A stretch of DNA of 64,000 bases from Phoronis australis (lineage: Eukaryota; Animalia; Phoronida), in NCBI GenBank assembly GCA_002633005.1, contig NMRA01000018.1:1766427-1830426 (forward strand), written 5' to 3'. The notes under the pieces were generated by a model. That model saw nothing but the letters and a program-made list of their open reading frames with translations. It was not told where the DNA came from and made no database searches. Below are positions 12,538-26,480 of the stretch, one piece after another. Numbering within the stretch: position 1 is the stretch's first letter; every line of letters starts with the position of its first letter. A program made the translations under genes and the position numbers.

Positions 12538-13813
12538 CTAGCGGAAAGAACATGGGATTCAGTTTTCAATAATGCCACTCAAAGTTTGTTGACATTTGAG
12601 TTATGATAGCTGGTCATTTACCAACAAGTATCACAACCAGAAGTTCAAACTACCTCAAGTTATGGGCCAGTCAATTTCCTGTAAAGTGTCACAAGACTAA
12701 AAGATGCATAGTCTCATAAATTGTGAATATGAAAATTAAATTATACGAAACTTACAAACAACCCCGGGTCCTCCAGTATGCCGGAAACCATCAGAGAACC
12801 AGTTACCAAAGATTACAATCTTGCGAAAGTCTCGTTTTGCGAGACCACTTTTATGTAAATAGATATCAGGGGTATTATTTTATCATTACGACCCTAATGA
12901 AACAAGGCAAAGTTTTTACTATCCGTTATCACTATAAAATAACAATTGTGTAATATTTGTAGTTACTAAGGGTTTTTAAATTTTATGTTAACACTTGTTT
13001 TTATGTGTATCAGTTGTAGTGGCTTTTTTAAAACCGCACTGTTTCTTTTTTGTTCACACGGTTCTCCAGGAAGTCACTAGGTGGCGCTTGCTATAAATTT
13101 AAATATTCTCGATATAATGAGACATACAATCTTTAAGCCAGAAACTTTGTCGTAAGATCCACACAATTATTTCTGAAAAATATTAATTAAATCTCACTTG
13201 AGCAAAGCACAAGTTGTTCAAGAATGAGCACACTGCTAGTTACCGAGACAATATTCATGAATTATTTTTAGATTCTGACATGTTCACAATGATTACAAGA
13301 CTAAATCCTTACTCAGCAATACTATGGGGAGCCCAAGACCACATTTCTGCCTTCAGTCACTTTTCCTGAAACTGGCCCCCTGGTCAACCTTCGATAAGTC
13401 CATTCTTCACCAAATAACTTGATAAATGTTCATTTTCAACTCATAAACGTACACGTTTCCACATCCCATGTACTAAAGAGCACACTAAATAGGTTACAGC
13501 GGCAAGAAAATGAAAAATAATTGAAACCGACAGATGTCACCTCAAGCAACTTGTATATTTGGAGTACAAATGATGTTGAAAGAACTGCTATGGGTAACAA
13601 CGGAAATTAAGATAACATCTGGAAAAGAATCTTCTGAAGGTTGACGATTACCTTAAGAGGAGTACAATGATATCACCACAAAACTGCTTCAGAATCTGAG
13701 AACGTTTATTTGACAAAGCTCCATTATTTATATCTCAACCATGCGCATAAATTCATTGCATCTTTCACTATCGCAGACCTACTCAACGCCCCCCACATCG
13801 CCTCCAATCTCAC

Positions 13814-13940
13814 CATTTCTTTAGCCTTGCCACTAGTCAGGCCCCTCTGACCAACCATCACCCAGCTGTCACGGAACTTGAGCTGGTCAATCCGACCACT
13901 GCCATATTTCTTCAGCCATTCTTTCTCATCCTTTGAAAGA
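13814..13940 (-). CDS. ILEI domain 1, exon e (LSKDEKEWLKKYGSGRIDQLKFRDSWVMVGQRGLTSGKAKEM)
   Basis: GS..I..L.FRDSW..VG..G ILEI motif; 127 nt, phase 2/0; TTACAG acceptor, GTGAG donor. Confidence 0.93.
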
Positions 13941-15346
13941 CTGTAAAACAAGTGTAAATTAAATGTTTTGCAGTATCTGCCGTCTGATCACGATCTCACC
14001 GACCTCGATAAAAGGAAATGTCCAGCAGAGACAACCTGGCTTTCGCTATCAGGAATTGACGTTCTGGGCTTGGTTATTCAAAACCCATAAGGGTTGATAA
14101 AGCAATTATCTTCTCAGCCAGGACTATAAACCCTTTGTCAAGCTGTGTTTACTTACACAAGCCAACTGAAGCAGGTGAAAACAGGGTTCACAAAGAAATA
14201 CTTTCACTGAAATTGCATGCCAATTTCAAATGGCCTATTATCTGGTCGATACGCAGAATAATGACAAGTGGGATGTATTCAGTTGAAGTACGTTTTGTAT
14301 TGATCCCATACCCTATGAATGCTTAAGTTTATTGTTTTGGCAGATTTTTAAACACTTCACCTAGACTGCACACATGGCGGATCACAACCTATAGCACACG
14401 TACTTGTGCGTTAAGTTAGAAGTTTACAGACTAGTAAAGGAAACAGTATTACATGTAACGAATTATTACTTGAAAAGAGATAAAAACGTCGGTTAATTAT
14501 GAATTGAACTTGCCCATTTTTGTAAATAATGAAATTACAAGAACATTGTAGCTAATGAGGAACCGCCACGACCCGAGTAGCAGACAATAATATTTTAACA
14601 AATAAAATTGTTATGTTAATGACATGATTGCATGTTGAGTGTTATTCATACTGCTGTCACTTAATTACTTTTAGGAAGTTTGAAGTGACTGAACCGAGTA
14701 GCGATGTGGAATTGACATTGACATAACTTTTGTCCTGCCCATGTTAGAGTACAGAAGGCACTATTAAAAGTAGTCCCGGCAGTAGAATACTGAAAACAGT
14801 ACCATATGGCCGTATTGCACTCGCAACTTAGTCACTTGCGTATGGGATAATCCATTTTATGTAAAACAAGCATATGATATCTTCATGATAGCAACAAGCA
14901 GCATATGATGATAAATCGGCTTGACAGAAACAACAAGGGAGCTGAAAATCCGTGACGCTCTACACATCAATTGGTGCAAGCCCAGTCTCAATAGGCAACT
15001 GGCACGCCACCTGTTGTCACTGTTAGTCTAGTCTATTGTTACTCCTCTGTAACGGACTGTGTCTTTGTATCATTACTTGTTGTTGGGCCAAGCAAGGTGG
15101 ACATTGTTTTTGTTTCTGAAGATGGTGTTTTAATAAAGGGTGAAACATGTCAAGTCGATTTAAATCCATCCTTGTTTTTATAAGCATGTCACACGTGATT
15201 AACAATTATACCAATGTTGGAAAAATAAGTGATTACAATTAAAAAACTAAATTCTCCCGTGCAATTGCAAATCCAGTTTTTTTGGAGTTGAGCGTGTAGC
15301 GTATGATTGATCACAACAGTGTGGAGGTGAGTTCAGCAGACCGTAC

Positions 15347-15431
15347 CTGGCGACCATTTCATCCATACTGGCCATAAGCACGATATAGCCATCAAAGACA
15401 ACCAACTTGAGATACCTGAGTAGCTTACCAG
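15347..15431 (-). CDS. ILEI domain 1, exon d (GKLLRYLKLVVFDGYIVLMASMDEMVA)
   Basis: G.IVL.AS.DE motif; TTGCAG acceptor, AG|GTACGG donor; 85 nt, phase 1/2. Confidence 0.88.
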
Positions 15432-15440
15432 CTGCAAGTA

Positions 15441-15650
15441 ACAAGATATCAAGATACTAGTATGAACTGTATACGTACGGACCATAAAATCACAAGATAT
15501 GAACATTGATACTAGTATGAACTGTATACCTATGGACCATTAAGTCACAAAATATCAACATTCTAGTATGAACTGCTTACGGACCATAAATTCACAAGAT
15601 ATCAACATACCCGCATTAATTATGTACAGAAGGACCATATAATCGCAATA
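15441..15650. repeat. ~50-bp degenerate tandem repeat x4, abutting the acceptor of exon 15347-15431
   Basis: CAAGATATC...CTAGTATGAACTG...GGACCAT..A.TCA units. Confidence 0.8.
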
Positions 15651-15739
15651 TATAAATAAATATATACCTTCAAGTTCGGAATATACCAGAATAGACCATA
15701 ATAATAATATGGACAAGGAAATTTTCACCAAATCTAATA

Positions 15740-16410
15740 ATATAGACTGGAGTAATAGTAAAGACTGAATAATAGTGTAAACTGGAATAATAGTACAGAG
15801 AGGAATAATAGTATAGATAGTGTAGATTGGAGTAATAAGTGTTCACTGGAATAATGTAGACTGGAATTAATCGTGTAGTAGTATAAATAGTGAAGACTGG
15901 AATAATACGTGTGAACTAGAACAATGTAGACTGGAATTAATAGTGTAATAGATAAGTATAGATAGTGAAGACTGGAGTAATAAGTGTACACTGGAATAAT
16001 GTAGACTGGAATTAATCGTGTAATAGTATAGATAGTGAAGACTGGAGTAATAAGTGTACACTGGAATAATGTAGACTGGAATTAATAGTGTAATAGACTA
16101 AGTATAGATAGTGAAGACTGGAGTAATACGTGTACACTGGAACAATGTAGACTGGAATTAAAAGTGTGATAGTATAGATAGTGAAGACTAGAGTAATAAG
16201 TGTGAACTGGAACAATGTAGACTTGAATTAAACGTGTAGTAGTATGTATAGTGAAGACTGGCGTAATAAGTGTACACGTCTGGAATGATAGACAAAGTGT
16301 ATACTGGAATAGTACAGACTGGAATAGTGCAAACTGGTTAGTATATAGTGGAGTAATAGAATATACAATGGAATAATAGTATATATAGATCGGAATGATA
16401 GTGCAGACTG
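15740..16410. repeat. Compound minisatellite (~60-bp higher-order unit built from AGACTGGA subunits)
   Basis: Repeated GTATAGATAGTGAAGACTGGAGTAATAAGTGTACACTGGAATAATGTAGACTGGAATTAA. Confidence 0.9.
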
Positions 16411-16504
16411 GCAAAATCTGTCTTATTAAGGATGAGTTTAGTTTATGAAAAAATGACAAGATACCAAATGCACACTGGACTATCAAATCACCATAACTAC
16501 TCAC

Positions 16505-16555
16505 TTTGCTCGTAAGTGTCAAAGGTTTGCCGGTCAATCACAGCTTTGGTCTTAT
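16505..16555 (-). CDS. ILEI domain 1, exon c (KTKAVIDRQTFDTYEQ)
   Basis: FDTY motif; TTTTAG acceptor, GTGAGT donor; 51 nt, phase 1/1. Confidence 0.88.
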
Positions 16556-16805
16556 CTAAAACAAAAACAAAATCTAATACCAGCTCTGAGTAAACAATAA
16601 ACACTAACAAAAATAGCAATACATACATTTTTAATGTCGTTTTTATTATTACTGTGACTGGCATCAGTTTATTACCACTTCAGACATTAGGAAAAAGAGA
16701 AGTCAACACAATTTCAGAGTAATTTTATAGAAGTACATTCAATTAAAAGAACTTTAACAACACAGCCCGCTTTGCGGGTTATTAATGTTTCATGAGGGCT
16801 CTCAC

Positions 16806-16867
16806 CACTTATTACGACTACATTGACTCCTCTGCCAAAGGTCGAGTTATCGTTGGGGTCCACGACA
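16806..16867 (-). CDS. ILEI domain 1, exon b (VVDPNDNSTFGRGVNVVVIS)
   Basis: GRG.N motif; TACAG acceptor, G|GTGAG donor; 62 nt, phase 2/1. Confidence 0.88.
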
Positions 16868-17633
16868 CTGTAAGAGACAGTAATAGAACATCAGAATGAC
16901 ACAACACAGGCATTTTCCAGGGTAAGACTTCACATAATGTAACATGTGACTTCATGTCATACAATAGAGAGAAATTTCATGTTTCCATTGAACGCATTTG
17001 CTTCAAGCATACTTGTGAACCCTAATGTTTCATCACGCAGAGCCACATTCAAAAATCATGGTTTTGTCTAAAAAGTGGAAGATGGGTGGATGCTTTTTGT
17101 GATGCACCAGGCTTGCTGATGCCACAGAGAAGGGATCGTTACACTAAACCACTGGTTATGAACCATGCGAACCGTCAGTGAGGGGTTACTCAAGGGTGAA
17201 GTCTGCTAATCTGCCCGTTTCTCTCATGGAACAATTTTCAAAGTAGTCAATTCCCTGCAGACAAATTATGTGTCCATTGAGTAGAAGGAAGCTGTTTTGC
17301 ACAGAGTAAACTTGGGATATTTTTTAATCCTAGTGTTTCACATACTATGGACCAAGTAAACTTTCAGGTTTGCACTATTGTTATGGCAACTGCGTCACTA
17401 TATTCAGAGAGCACTTGCCTTGGTTGCTGGACAAAACACTACTTTGAGAATCAGACGAACAATAGCCCTGCTAATGTGTCATTTTTACAAGGTTTACACA
17501 ATAGCATGGCACTTTGTCTAAAAGGTATACATGCTTTTTACACAGATTGTACATTTTGCCACATTTTACACGCTTCGGCAACGTAATATGTGTAAAACTC
17601 TCACCTGGATAGACTTATATCCACAACACTTAC

Positions 17634-17736
17634 ATGTTTCCATCAAAACATATGGTCGGGCCTTCATTGGTCTTGTGCCCAGATATCACGTCGTACGAAT
17701 ACGTTCCAACAGTACACTGCACTCCACACTTGGGTT
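17634..17736 (-). CDS. ILEI domain 1, exon a (PKCGVQCTVGTYSYDVISGHKTNEGPTICFDGN)
   Basis: KCG..C......SG.....GP.IC is the FAM3/ILEI N-terminal motif; CAG acceptor, GTAAGT donor, phase 1/2. Confidence 0.9.
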
Positions 17737-20303
17737 CTGAAGACAGGATATGATAACGGTAATCCAATATCCAGATGGACAACAGCAAAAACAATATGAC
17801 TGTCTGTCTGGCCAATTAAATGACCATAATGAAATGAAATTAGTTTACTGTTACAGTAGCAAATATGTACATAACAGAATATTAAATTATCAATTTACCA
17901 CATATGCACTGCACCAGGCCATCAAGTGTTATTTAAAAAAAAATATTACTTCGCTTAGTGATGACGCGTCAGCCAGTATTGTGACAAGATTTGGACCCAC
18001 AATGCAGCCACATCCCATTTTCGAAAAACCTGCAGGTCTGCAGATATTTTTCCAATTCGGGTAACCAGGAAGGCACTTATTAATGCTTGTAAATTTTCCA
18101 CAATTATGCGGTCACATTAATCAGTATTCTCTGACAACGGTTGTACTCATTTTATGCTCCCAAGGAGTTGGGACAGATCAAAATTGATGCAGTCCACAGC
18201 CAGGTAATAATTTTCAAAGTCCCTATAGTAACACACAAGGATAATATAACTCTGGGTTACCATCATGCATTTCATTTTGTCATTTTAATTTTAATTTGAC
18301 TGGGTCCAAATCGTCCCAATGACAACACACTAAATAAGAGAATTCAATCTCACAAAGACCAAGATGACAAAGATTTGATTGTCCTGACTTTAATTCAGGG
18401 CATACAACTCATGTTCACAACACACAAACAGAAACAATAAATAAGTGACAACTGGTAACAGCAACCAAAGAACCAATAACAAGAATCTAGTGACTCAGAA
18501 CACAATGTCAGACATCTGCCATGCCAGTGATTAGAGAACAATGACTTCTTATAATTAGGAGCAACATAAATGATGAGAGATGGAATTCTAAGATAGCTCT
18601 ACATTCCAGGGCTGCATTTAGTACACATCAAACTCATCAATCATGCAGACTCATTGAAGAAAGCAGCCCAGACAATTACAGGCTTTGAATTTAATACATT
18701 CTCAAACATATTTTGCTATTATCACGTTAAACCTATAAGCAAAATTGAGAGGCTAAAAGCTATAATGCTCCTTGTTTCAAAGTTTACAAGCAAATTTGAC
18801 AAAACTTGTGGGATTATAGCCCTTAGCTTGTGGACAGTGCACTGATGTCTGTAAATCGCATTCAACCCATGAGGTTCAATGACATCACTGTCCTAATGTG
18901 CAGGTACACATTTCATATCAATAATTATTAATACCCATTGTTACATAATCCACCCATGATTATCGACAAAAGACTTAGATAACAATTTTCTGTACGTCAC
19001 AGGAACTACAGACAACACGGAATGTCAAACTGGGTTTAGTGAAAACATCTCACTATGTTCAAGTCAAACATTGCAGAGCTCACATACCACAGTTCGTAAA
19101 ATTCACAGGCATTCACCTCGTGTAAATTTGACAGCACAACAAATTGAAGAGACATTGAAAATGTGAGCTCTGACAATTAACCTAGTGCAAACTCCGCCCC
19201 TTTGCGAAATGTCGACAAATAAACAATAAATTTCACTAGGAACCGAGTAGTTTGTCAGGTAAAATGGCAACTCGGAAATGAAGGTGTGTTAAGAATGCTG
19301 CGTTATGACTGGTCAGTTAAGCCGTCACTCAAACTCCTGGCAATAGGTCAATTGTTGGTGTAATGTACACTTTGACAAATGAAGAGGGTGACAAGGGTTG
19401 CCTGAAATCCCCTTTTCCCTGTCAGACATTTTCCATTGTTCCTCAACAGGAATCATAAAAGAACGTTTTGTTTGGCAGAATTCCAAGTGCTAAGAAACTA
19501 GATCTAAAGAAGATACCATATGATTATAAAGTGGTGCATAGTGTAGGGGTACTGTTTGTCTCTTCCACCTCATTTCTGGGTCACATCTACTTGGCGTCAC
19601 TTGAAAAAGACTAATACTATGGTTCAGTACTCACTCTGGTTCAAAAGAACCATCATGTGAGGCTGGTGATCATACTATGCACGAAATCAGAACGCGTAAG
19701 AAATATCACATAAAAACTGACACAACCGATGTAGCCATTCAGCTTATAAAAGAGTTTGAAAGTTAACCATGAATATCCAAAATTGGTAATAATTTTCAAG
19801 TTTCATTTTTGTCTGTTACAACAGAAGGCAATAAAGAATGAAAAGGTAAAGAGCACTAACTGTCTTGTTTTACCCTATTTCACAAAGCATTTAGAAACTT
19901 AAGGTAAAGAGTATTTGCATTACCCTATTTCACAAAGCATTTAGAAAGATAAAGAGTACTTGGTTTACCCTAGTTTACAAAGCATTTAGAAAGCTGTTTT
20001 TTCGACAGATTAAAAATTGACGAATTCGGTACAATGAAAGTATGGAGTCTCAGATCAACTATGAACAGGCTACACAAATAAACATTCAAGCTGAACAGTA
20101 AAAAGTGCACACACAAACACACACATGCACAACACACACCTGGTATGGTTGGCATAGCAACATGCCTAGCAGGCAGTGAGGTGACAGCTAGAAGAGAGAG
20201 ACAGACACACAAGAACAAGCTTGGTTTTACACATGAAGTTCTTGGATGATACGCTTAGAAGTGCCGCATACAGCATTGTGCGTCAGGTCGAACACAAGAT
20301 TCT

Positions 20304-21180
20304 AACAAAAGCAACAGCGATGACATGCGCCCAACATGTGCGTCACATACTGCACAGATACACGAGATGATCATCGTTTTAACATTACCGCTAAAGGGAG
20401 TAACATTAGTAAAGTCAAAATAGCCTCTAGGGGGCGCAAAGCTAGTCAGCAATGCTACCCTCAATAGGAACACACCCGTCACCTTGCATCAGGTTTTTTT
20501 CAAGAAGTTTGGATAAGGAAGCTGACAACAAAGAAGACAGAAACATAACAAAAAAGCTACAAGTGAAGCTACATTTGTCAAATCTGTCTGGAACGGGGTA
20601 CGTGATGTTGTGTACATGACTGAAACTTATCTGTCAAATTTCATGAACAACCATCCAGGAGATTGGTTGTTGTCCAGACAAATGCAAAGAAAACAAAATT
20701 GCCGTTAAGGAGTCCCTGAAGGTGTTAGACTAGTCCCAGTTCCACTCTCAGTAGAAACATATAGCAACTATGAAGAATCATCAAGGAATCTGGGAGAAAT
20801 TGCACCACAGGCAAAAAATACCATTATGAGGTCAGAGACATTATTGAAAATGTGATCCTTAGAATGGTTTGACGGACTATTAGGTACAGCAAACGGATCT
20901 TTCCAACGCGCTCTATGGTGAACTGGGAAATAAAATGCAGATTTCTCTGGTGAATACAGCGATTGGCAATACAGCCATCAGAATTTGAATATTGTGGGGC
21001 TGCTTGGACAAAGTCCGTACAAAAATTCAGTCCAACCCGTCCGATCCATGATAGCAGCGTGTCTGCAAAATTGCACATTCTATTACGGGGCTTTGGAGCT
21101 ACAGCAATGTATGCTGGCTGAATATCGGACAGGGATGACAGCATAATGCGTCCAAATACATTATATGTGGAAGCATAAAA
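20304..21180 (+). mobile_element. Diverged copy of the same element with both ends
   Basis: Starts AACAAAAGCAAC...ATGCGCCCA; ends GCATAATGCGTCCA...ATATGTGGAAGCATAAAA. Confidence 0.65.
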
Positions 21181-21415
21181 AGAAAGCGCAATCTGTCCGG
21201 AATGGACCATCTCAGAACAATGCCTGACGGCAAAGAATGGGAGGAAGTGTGTGGTGTAAAAGACAAGCACATAATAAAACCATACAGGTAATAAGAAGAA
21301 ATGCACTTAAATGTCAAGTCAATGTCGGAAGTGGTAATTAGAATATGTCTTCATAACAATGGACAATAGTCAGACATAATAATAGGTAAATATGATTTTA
21401 ATACATTCATTATGT

Positions 21416-21535
21416 ACGGTTTGCAGAAGGTCCCGGGTTCAAGTCCCAGTTAGGGCAGAAAATTTTTCAGCCTTACGTTCATTAACTTACACGTGATGTG
21501 GCCAACAGGTGGCGTACTAACCAGACTTAGGATGT
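21416..21535 (+). mobile_element. 5'-truncated copy of the same tRNA-derived SINE
   Basis: B box GGTTCAAGTCCC followed by the shared body; no complete cloverleaf. Confidence 0.6.
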
Positions 21536-21764
21536 TTGCGATATACACCTCCATGTCAGTTTAAGATTAAATGTTTATATGTTTATGTCATTATGAAATG
21601 TCTTTGAAATCAAAATGATCACTTGTGTCATATGACTAGTGATTTAGCTCGGGCTCAGTGTATATGGAGAGCACCAACCTTGGAGATGACAGGCAGCTAA
21701 AAGTTGAATGTAGACACAGACAGCTACTCACTGAGAGTAGACAGACAGGTACAAGCTCATTGTA

Positions 21765-22025
21765 GACTGAGAGCCACAAGCTCAGCTTAAACAGAGAGCC
21801 ACAAGCTCAGTGTAGACAGAGAGCCACAAGCTCAGCGTAGACAAAGAGCCACAAGCTCGGCCTAGACAGAGAGCCACAAGCTCAGTGTAGACAGAGAGCC
21901 ACAAGCTCAGCCTAAACAGAGAGCCACAAGCTCAGCGTAGACAGAGAGCCACAAGCTCGGTCTAGACAGAGAGCCACAAGCTCAGCATAGACTGAGAGCA
22001 ACAAGCACAGTGTAGACTGAGAGCT
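21765..22025. repeat. 25-bp minisatellite, ~10 copies
   Basis: ACAGAGAGCCACAAGCTCAGTGTAG units. Confidence 0.92.
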
Positions 22026-23821
22026 ACTACCAGTTCAGTGCAAACAGAGTTACAACTCAAGGTCAGCTGTGTGCCTCAAGTGAGAGAAAGTTCACCTTAC
22101 AAGCTACTCACAAACAGGGAGGAAAATGCCCAGTAAAATATTGTAGTTGCCCCAGTCCATTCAAATGTTGTCTTATTTTTCACTCTACGCATGAAATGAA
22201 GCAAGCATTTCACAGTGCTCCCTGTGCACTACAGAACCCCCTCAGGAAGGTGCCATTACGATGTCGAGTTATTGACTCACTTTCAATGCCCAGTCAAGCA
22301 AATCAACCAGGGTCTTTTGTAGCTCATGCCATCTGGCTCAAAATAATGATTTGGGTAGGCAAGGTGAGAAATCTAATAATTGAGATATTCACCTCGCTGC
22401 CTCACAAGGCAAAATCCTCACAGTTTCAATTGGCAAAAGATGCAAGCCATGAGGTGAACTTGGGCGCATAGCTCTCTGTCTACACTGGGCTTTACAGACT
22501 AGATTGTCGTTTAAACTGTGCTCATCGCGTACACTATAGGGAACTATAGATTTCCTCCATAATATACCACAGAAGCAGCAAACAGCCAAACTTCTATTAA
22601 TCAGAACAAATTAACAAAAAACGATCAGAGAGCACAACAGCTATATGACCAGCTTGTTAGCATGACATCTGCATTTTAAACACATGCGAAACATACAACA
22701 TGCTAATGTTAGGAGCGGCCCTAGCAATATGCCTGAAATTTGGCTAACTTCAGAACATCATAAGTCAGAGATGGCTGGTCACGATACAATGACGCTTTCA
22801 GATAATGCACGTTGGATTTAATGTGTTCCACTGTGGGCTACTGGAACATTTAGAACTACAATAAAAAATTACCTACATTGCACGGAATGAACTTGAAAGG
22901 ATAATTCAATGGAAAATTGTAAGTTTTTGATCTTGAATATTGTTCGCAAGTGAAATTTGATCATGGTTATTTACACTTGTTTGGCTATGAATGTAATTTT
23001 TTCTTGGTAAATCCCTACAAAAAGACATAGCAATGCGACCCGCTTAATGGCACATTGAAGTTAAAGTAAAGGATACTAATTTCAGAACCAGTATACTTCT
23101 ACAAACTAGTCAACTTCCATAATTTTGCAGATATTTAGCTTAACGCACGTACCAGTCAATAAGGTCCCACGTGATATTAAACGGGAAATCAGCAGTTTTC
23201 GATGTTACCTTCGGTAAAAATACGGTTAAGCCAAAAGAGAATTAGGTGATTATAGTATGCTTTTTTTTAAAATCTTGTCAGTGATGCGGTAAATGATGAT
23301 CAAAGTTTGTTGCTTAGAACAACAGATTTCGCCATCAGAGAGATTAAAAGATTCTGTTAAATGTTTAATGAATAGAATGTTACAGCCAACACTGCATAGT
23401 CTCGCAACAGCCACCTGGAAAGGAGCTGTGTGCACTTACAATAATTAACATGTGGCATTCAAGGTACCCTATGCCAAAGTGCACCGAATACCTTCGATGA
23501 TTAGACAACGTTGTGTTTATGCAGTTGTCTCAGAGACGTCGGCTAGTACATACTGTTTGTATTTGTTAAAAATTAGCACACCGAGTGCGTTACATTCTGC
23601 TTGGAAAAATACAAATCATTCAGTTTAAGTTGAATTTTGAACTTTGTTTCTATTCGACAAACTTCTCTTTGACATCAACTTTAACCCCCCCAACATCTTA
23701 AACGGATGTATGATCACCTGCCAAAGTTGCTCATATATTGAGACGTTTACGTCAAATTCTATTGTTCCACGGATCATACAGATACCCCATGGAACCAGTT
23801 ATCAACACCCAAAATGACTGT

Positions 23822-23973
23822 CCAAGATGAGGCCAAATAGCATGAATGGTTCATTTTGATCTGTAGCCTGGCCAAGATGAGGCCAAATAGCATGAATGGT
23901 TCATTTTGATCTGTAGCCTGGCCAAGATGAGGCCAAATAGCATGAATGGTTCATTTTCATCTGTAGCCTGGCC
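23822..23973. repeat. 50-bp tandem repeat x3, near perfect
   Basis: CCAAGATGAGGCCAAATAGCATGAATGGTTCATTTTGATCTGTAGCCTGG. Confidence 0.95.
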
Positions 23974-24853
23974 GATGTTGACACATTCTAGTGTTCCCTT
24001 GACAACAAATTAACAGCACGGGAGCAATAATGAACACGGAAAATGCATCTCCAAGGTAACTAGGGATTTACATGCTTATTGAAAGTAACATCAAATATCA
24101 AATATCATAATGGTTGCATTCCCATTTAAGGTCATGGGTCACACACTATATGTTGTTGCATGCAAGCTGTCTTGGCAGCCGTATCTAGGATTTGGCAAAT
24201 CTAACTAATCGGAACTGAAATTTGCTAAGTGACTACATGATTCATGAATCATGATTCATGGATCCAAGAGCGCAACTCAAGGAAACTGAGTTGACTTCAG
24301 AAAATCATAGTTACAAAGTCGCATGCCTCACGATATACGCTAAACATTCAAGTGAATCTATCTACAATTCAGAAAACTTAAAAAACAACATGAGTTCATC
24401 TAAAACTTCTGTGTTGTGCTAAGCATTAGTAATATATCAGCCAAGGTTGCAGGAAGGAAGCAGTTGTCGGTTAGCTGTGAGCCAAGAGAAAATAAACTGG
24501 AGAGCAAAGTTAGTAACCATGAATAAGTTGACGAATGAGTCATAAGAAAGAGCCAATCATCCGCATTGTGGTATTAGTACTCAGAAGTGATTGGTTGGCT
24601 GAATCAGACAATGACATTAGTAATTCACCAGTGACTGGTATACCTTTGCCTACTGTCAAAACCCACATAACCACTGTCTGCTGTTAGTACCCAGCATTGA
24701 TTGGCCAATTGTGTCACAGTTTAGAGCCAATCAAGTGATGTCTGCTGTTAGAACTCAGCATGGATTGGTCAACTGTGACACAGCTTAGAGCCAATCAATG
24801 GATGTTTGGCAATAGCAACTGAACAGGACAGAAACGGCATAGCCATTAGGTAC

Positions 24854-24940
24854 CTTTAACACTGTGTTGTGAGTTCATAGCAACTGTCGTCAGGGCGACG
24901 TGTCCATTTTGATGGACATCACCAAAAGCCTGATTCTGAA
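24854..24940 (-). CDS. ILEI-domain gene: probable stem exon (QNQAFGDVHQNGHVALTTVAMNSQHSVK)
   Basis: Strong pyrimidine tract ending TTGTAG, AAG|GTACCT donor; 87 nt, open, phase 1/1. No motif support. Confidence 0.55.
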
Positions 24941-26480
24941 CTACAACGGAAAATACAAAATGTGCAGCTCATATCCTAGAGGCCAAAAATGCAATTCATG
25001 CATCGATATATTGTGACTTTTTAAATTCCGTTTGATTACAACACAACTGCTTTGAGAAAGACCTACTTAATAACAAATAATAATTTCTAGTTGCGTTTCT
25101 ACACAAGTTATAAACTAAACTTAATAGGAAATATAGTTACACAGCCTACCATATGTTTTACTTCTGAAAATTTCAACTCTTGCAGGCAACTACACAAGGG
25201 GGGGGGCGCTACTGTATCACTTATTAATAAGCTTTAACCACTCAAATGTCAATCACCATCTTAGTTGACTAAAATTTGAGCCAAGGACAAAAAGATGCTT
25301 CGTAACCATACAAAGGCTCACATAAGGACATGGTGCCTGCGCCTTGAGAATTTTCTCAATTCAGGAGAGACTTCCTCCCCGCTCACTTCACGTCATTATG
25401 TTTCAAAAACAACATGGGCACTTGAGACTGTGAAATGGACACTTTTGAGTAACAGTGTTGCAGTATTCTGAAACCGATTATAATTGAAAGGTCAAGTAGC
25501 GAACCTTTCAGGGGACTTTCTACAGGTGGTGAGGGATTTCAACTTAATCTAAAAAAATCACAGAAATTTTAAATTCATTTCAGAAAGGAACAGGGGTGAT
25601 AGTTGGTCCCAATAAATCATGACATTGAGAGCCTTGCCATATGACATTTTTTCTTAGTTTCGATGCAGCTGCTCTCTACTGCCAAAACACCATCCGAGAA
25701 TAAGTCGTCTTAATCAATCAGTCACTTGATCTCATCCAGATAGGGGTATACCATTGAGTTTGTGTACTGGTAAATATTGCTGAATTAGCCAGGTTACTTT
25801 TTTCAAAAACACTAAAACAAGATTAAGAAGAATATGTTAATCCAGTATCTCATCAATATCATTGCTTATAACATGTTAATGAATTCAGATTAACATAACT
25901 AAAAATGTTTATGTAAACTTACCTAGTAACCGACATGTCGAATAAATATACATTTTACCCATTTTACATCTGTTTTAAACCAAGCGTAAATAACTAATTT
26001 TCACATATCAAGATTTGCCATTCCGCAATAATAATAATAATAATAAGCTGTTAGTACTTTTCCAAGATGGCAACTGTTCAGAAGCAGGGTCGAACAAGTG
26101 ATTGTTATGTCGCGGCAGCCCCAATGGTGCATAGAGAGCACTTTGTTTCACAACAGCTAAAGTTTGCCTACAATTTAGATTTTGCTACAAGTTGTACAAG
26201 TAGCGAGTTAACATGAATCACTAATGTTGAAAAAATAAATTATTTGTATATAACAGTTTTCAAAGAAGCTGATTTATCTCACTGAACTTGCTGAGTTTCA
26301 TTGGAATTTTGGCATAACATGCAATGAAAAACTACTAGAAATTTTAAAAATTGTAAATTTTCAGTCAAACATTTCCCCTCCAGATTTAATCAATTTTTCA
26401 AATTAGCATACCAAGAACATGAACTTGACAACATTTCCACCAAGTTCCGGCTTCATGAACCAAGCAAGTAGTTGGCTTAC

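Noticed and set aside
20824-21306. 160-aa ORF
   Set aside because: Overlaps a decayed repeat in antisense; no motif or splice support.
21765-22025. CRISPR-like array (also considered for 23822, 39211, 50605, 58260)
   Set aside because: Units are head-to-tail with no unique spacers, there are no cas genes, and the context is eukaryotic introns.
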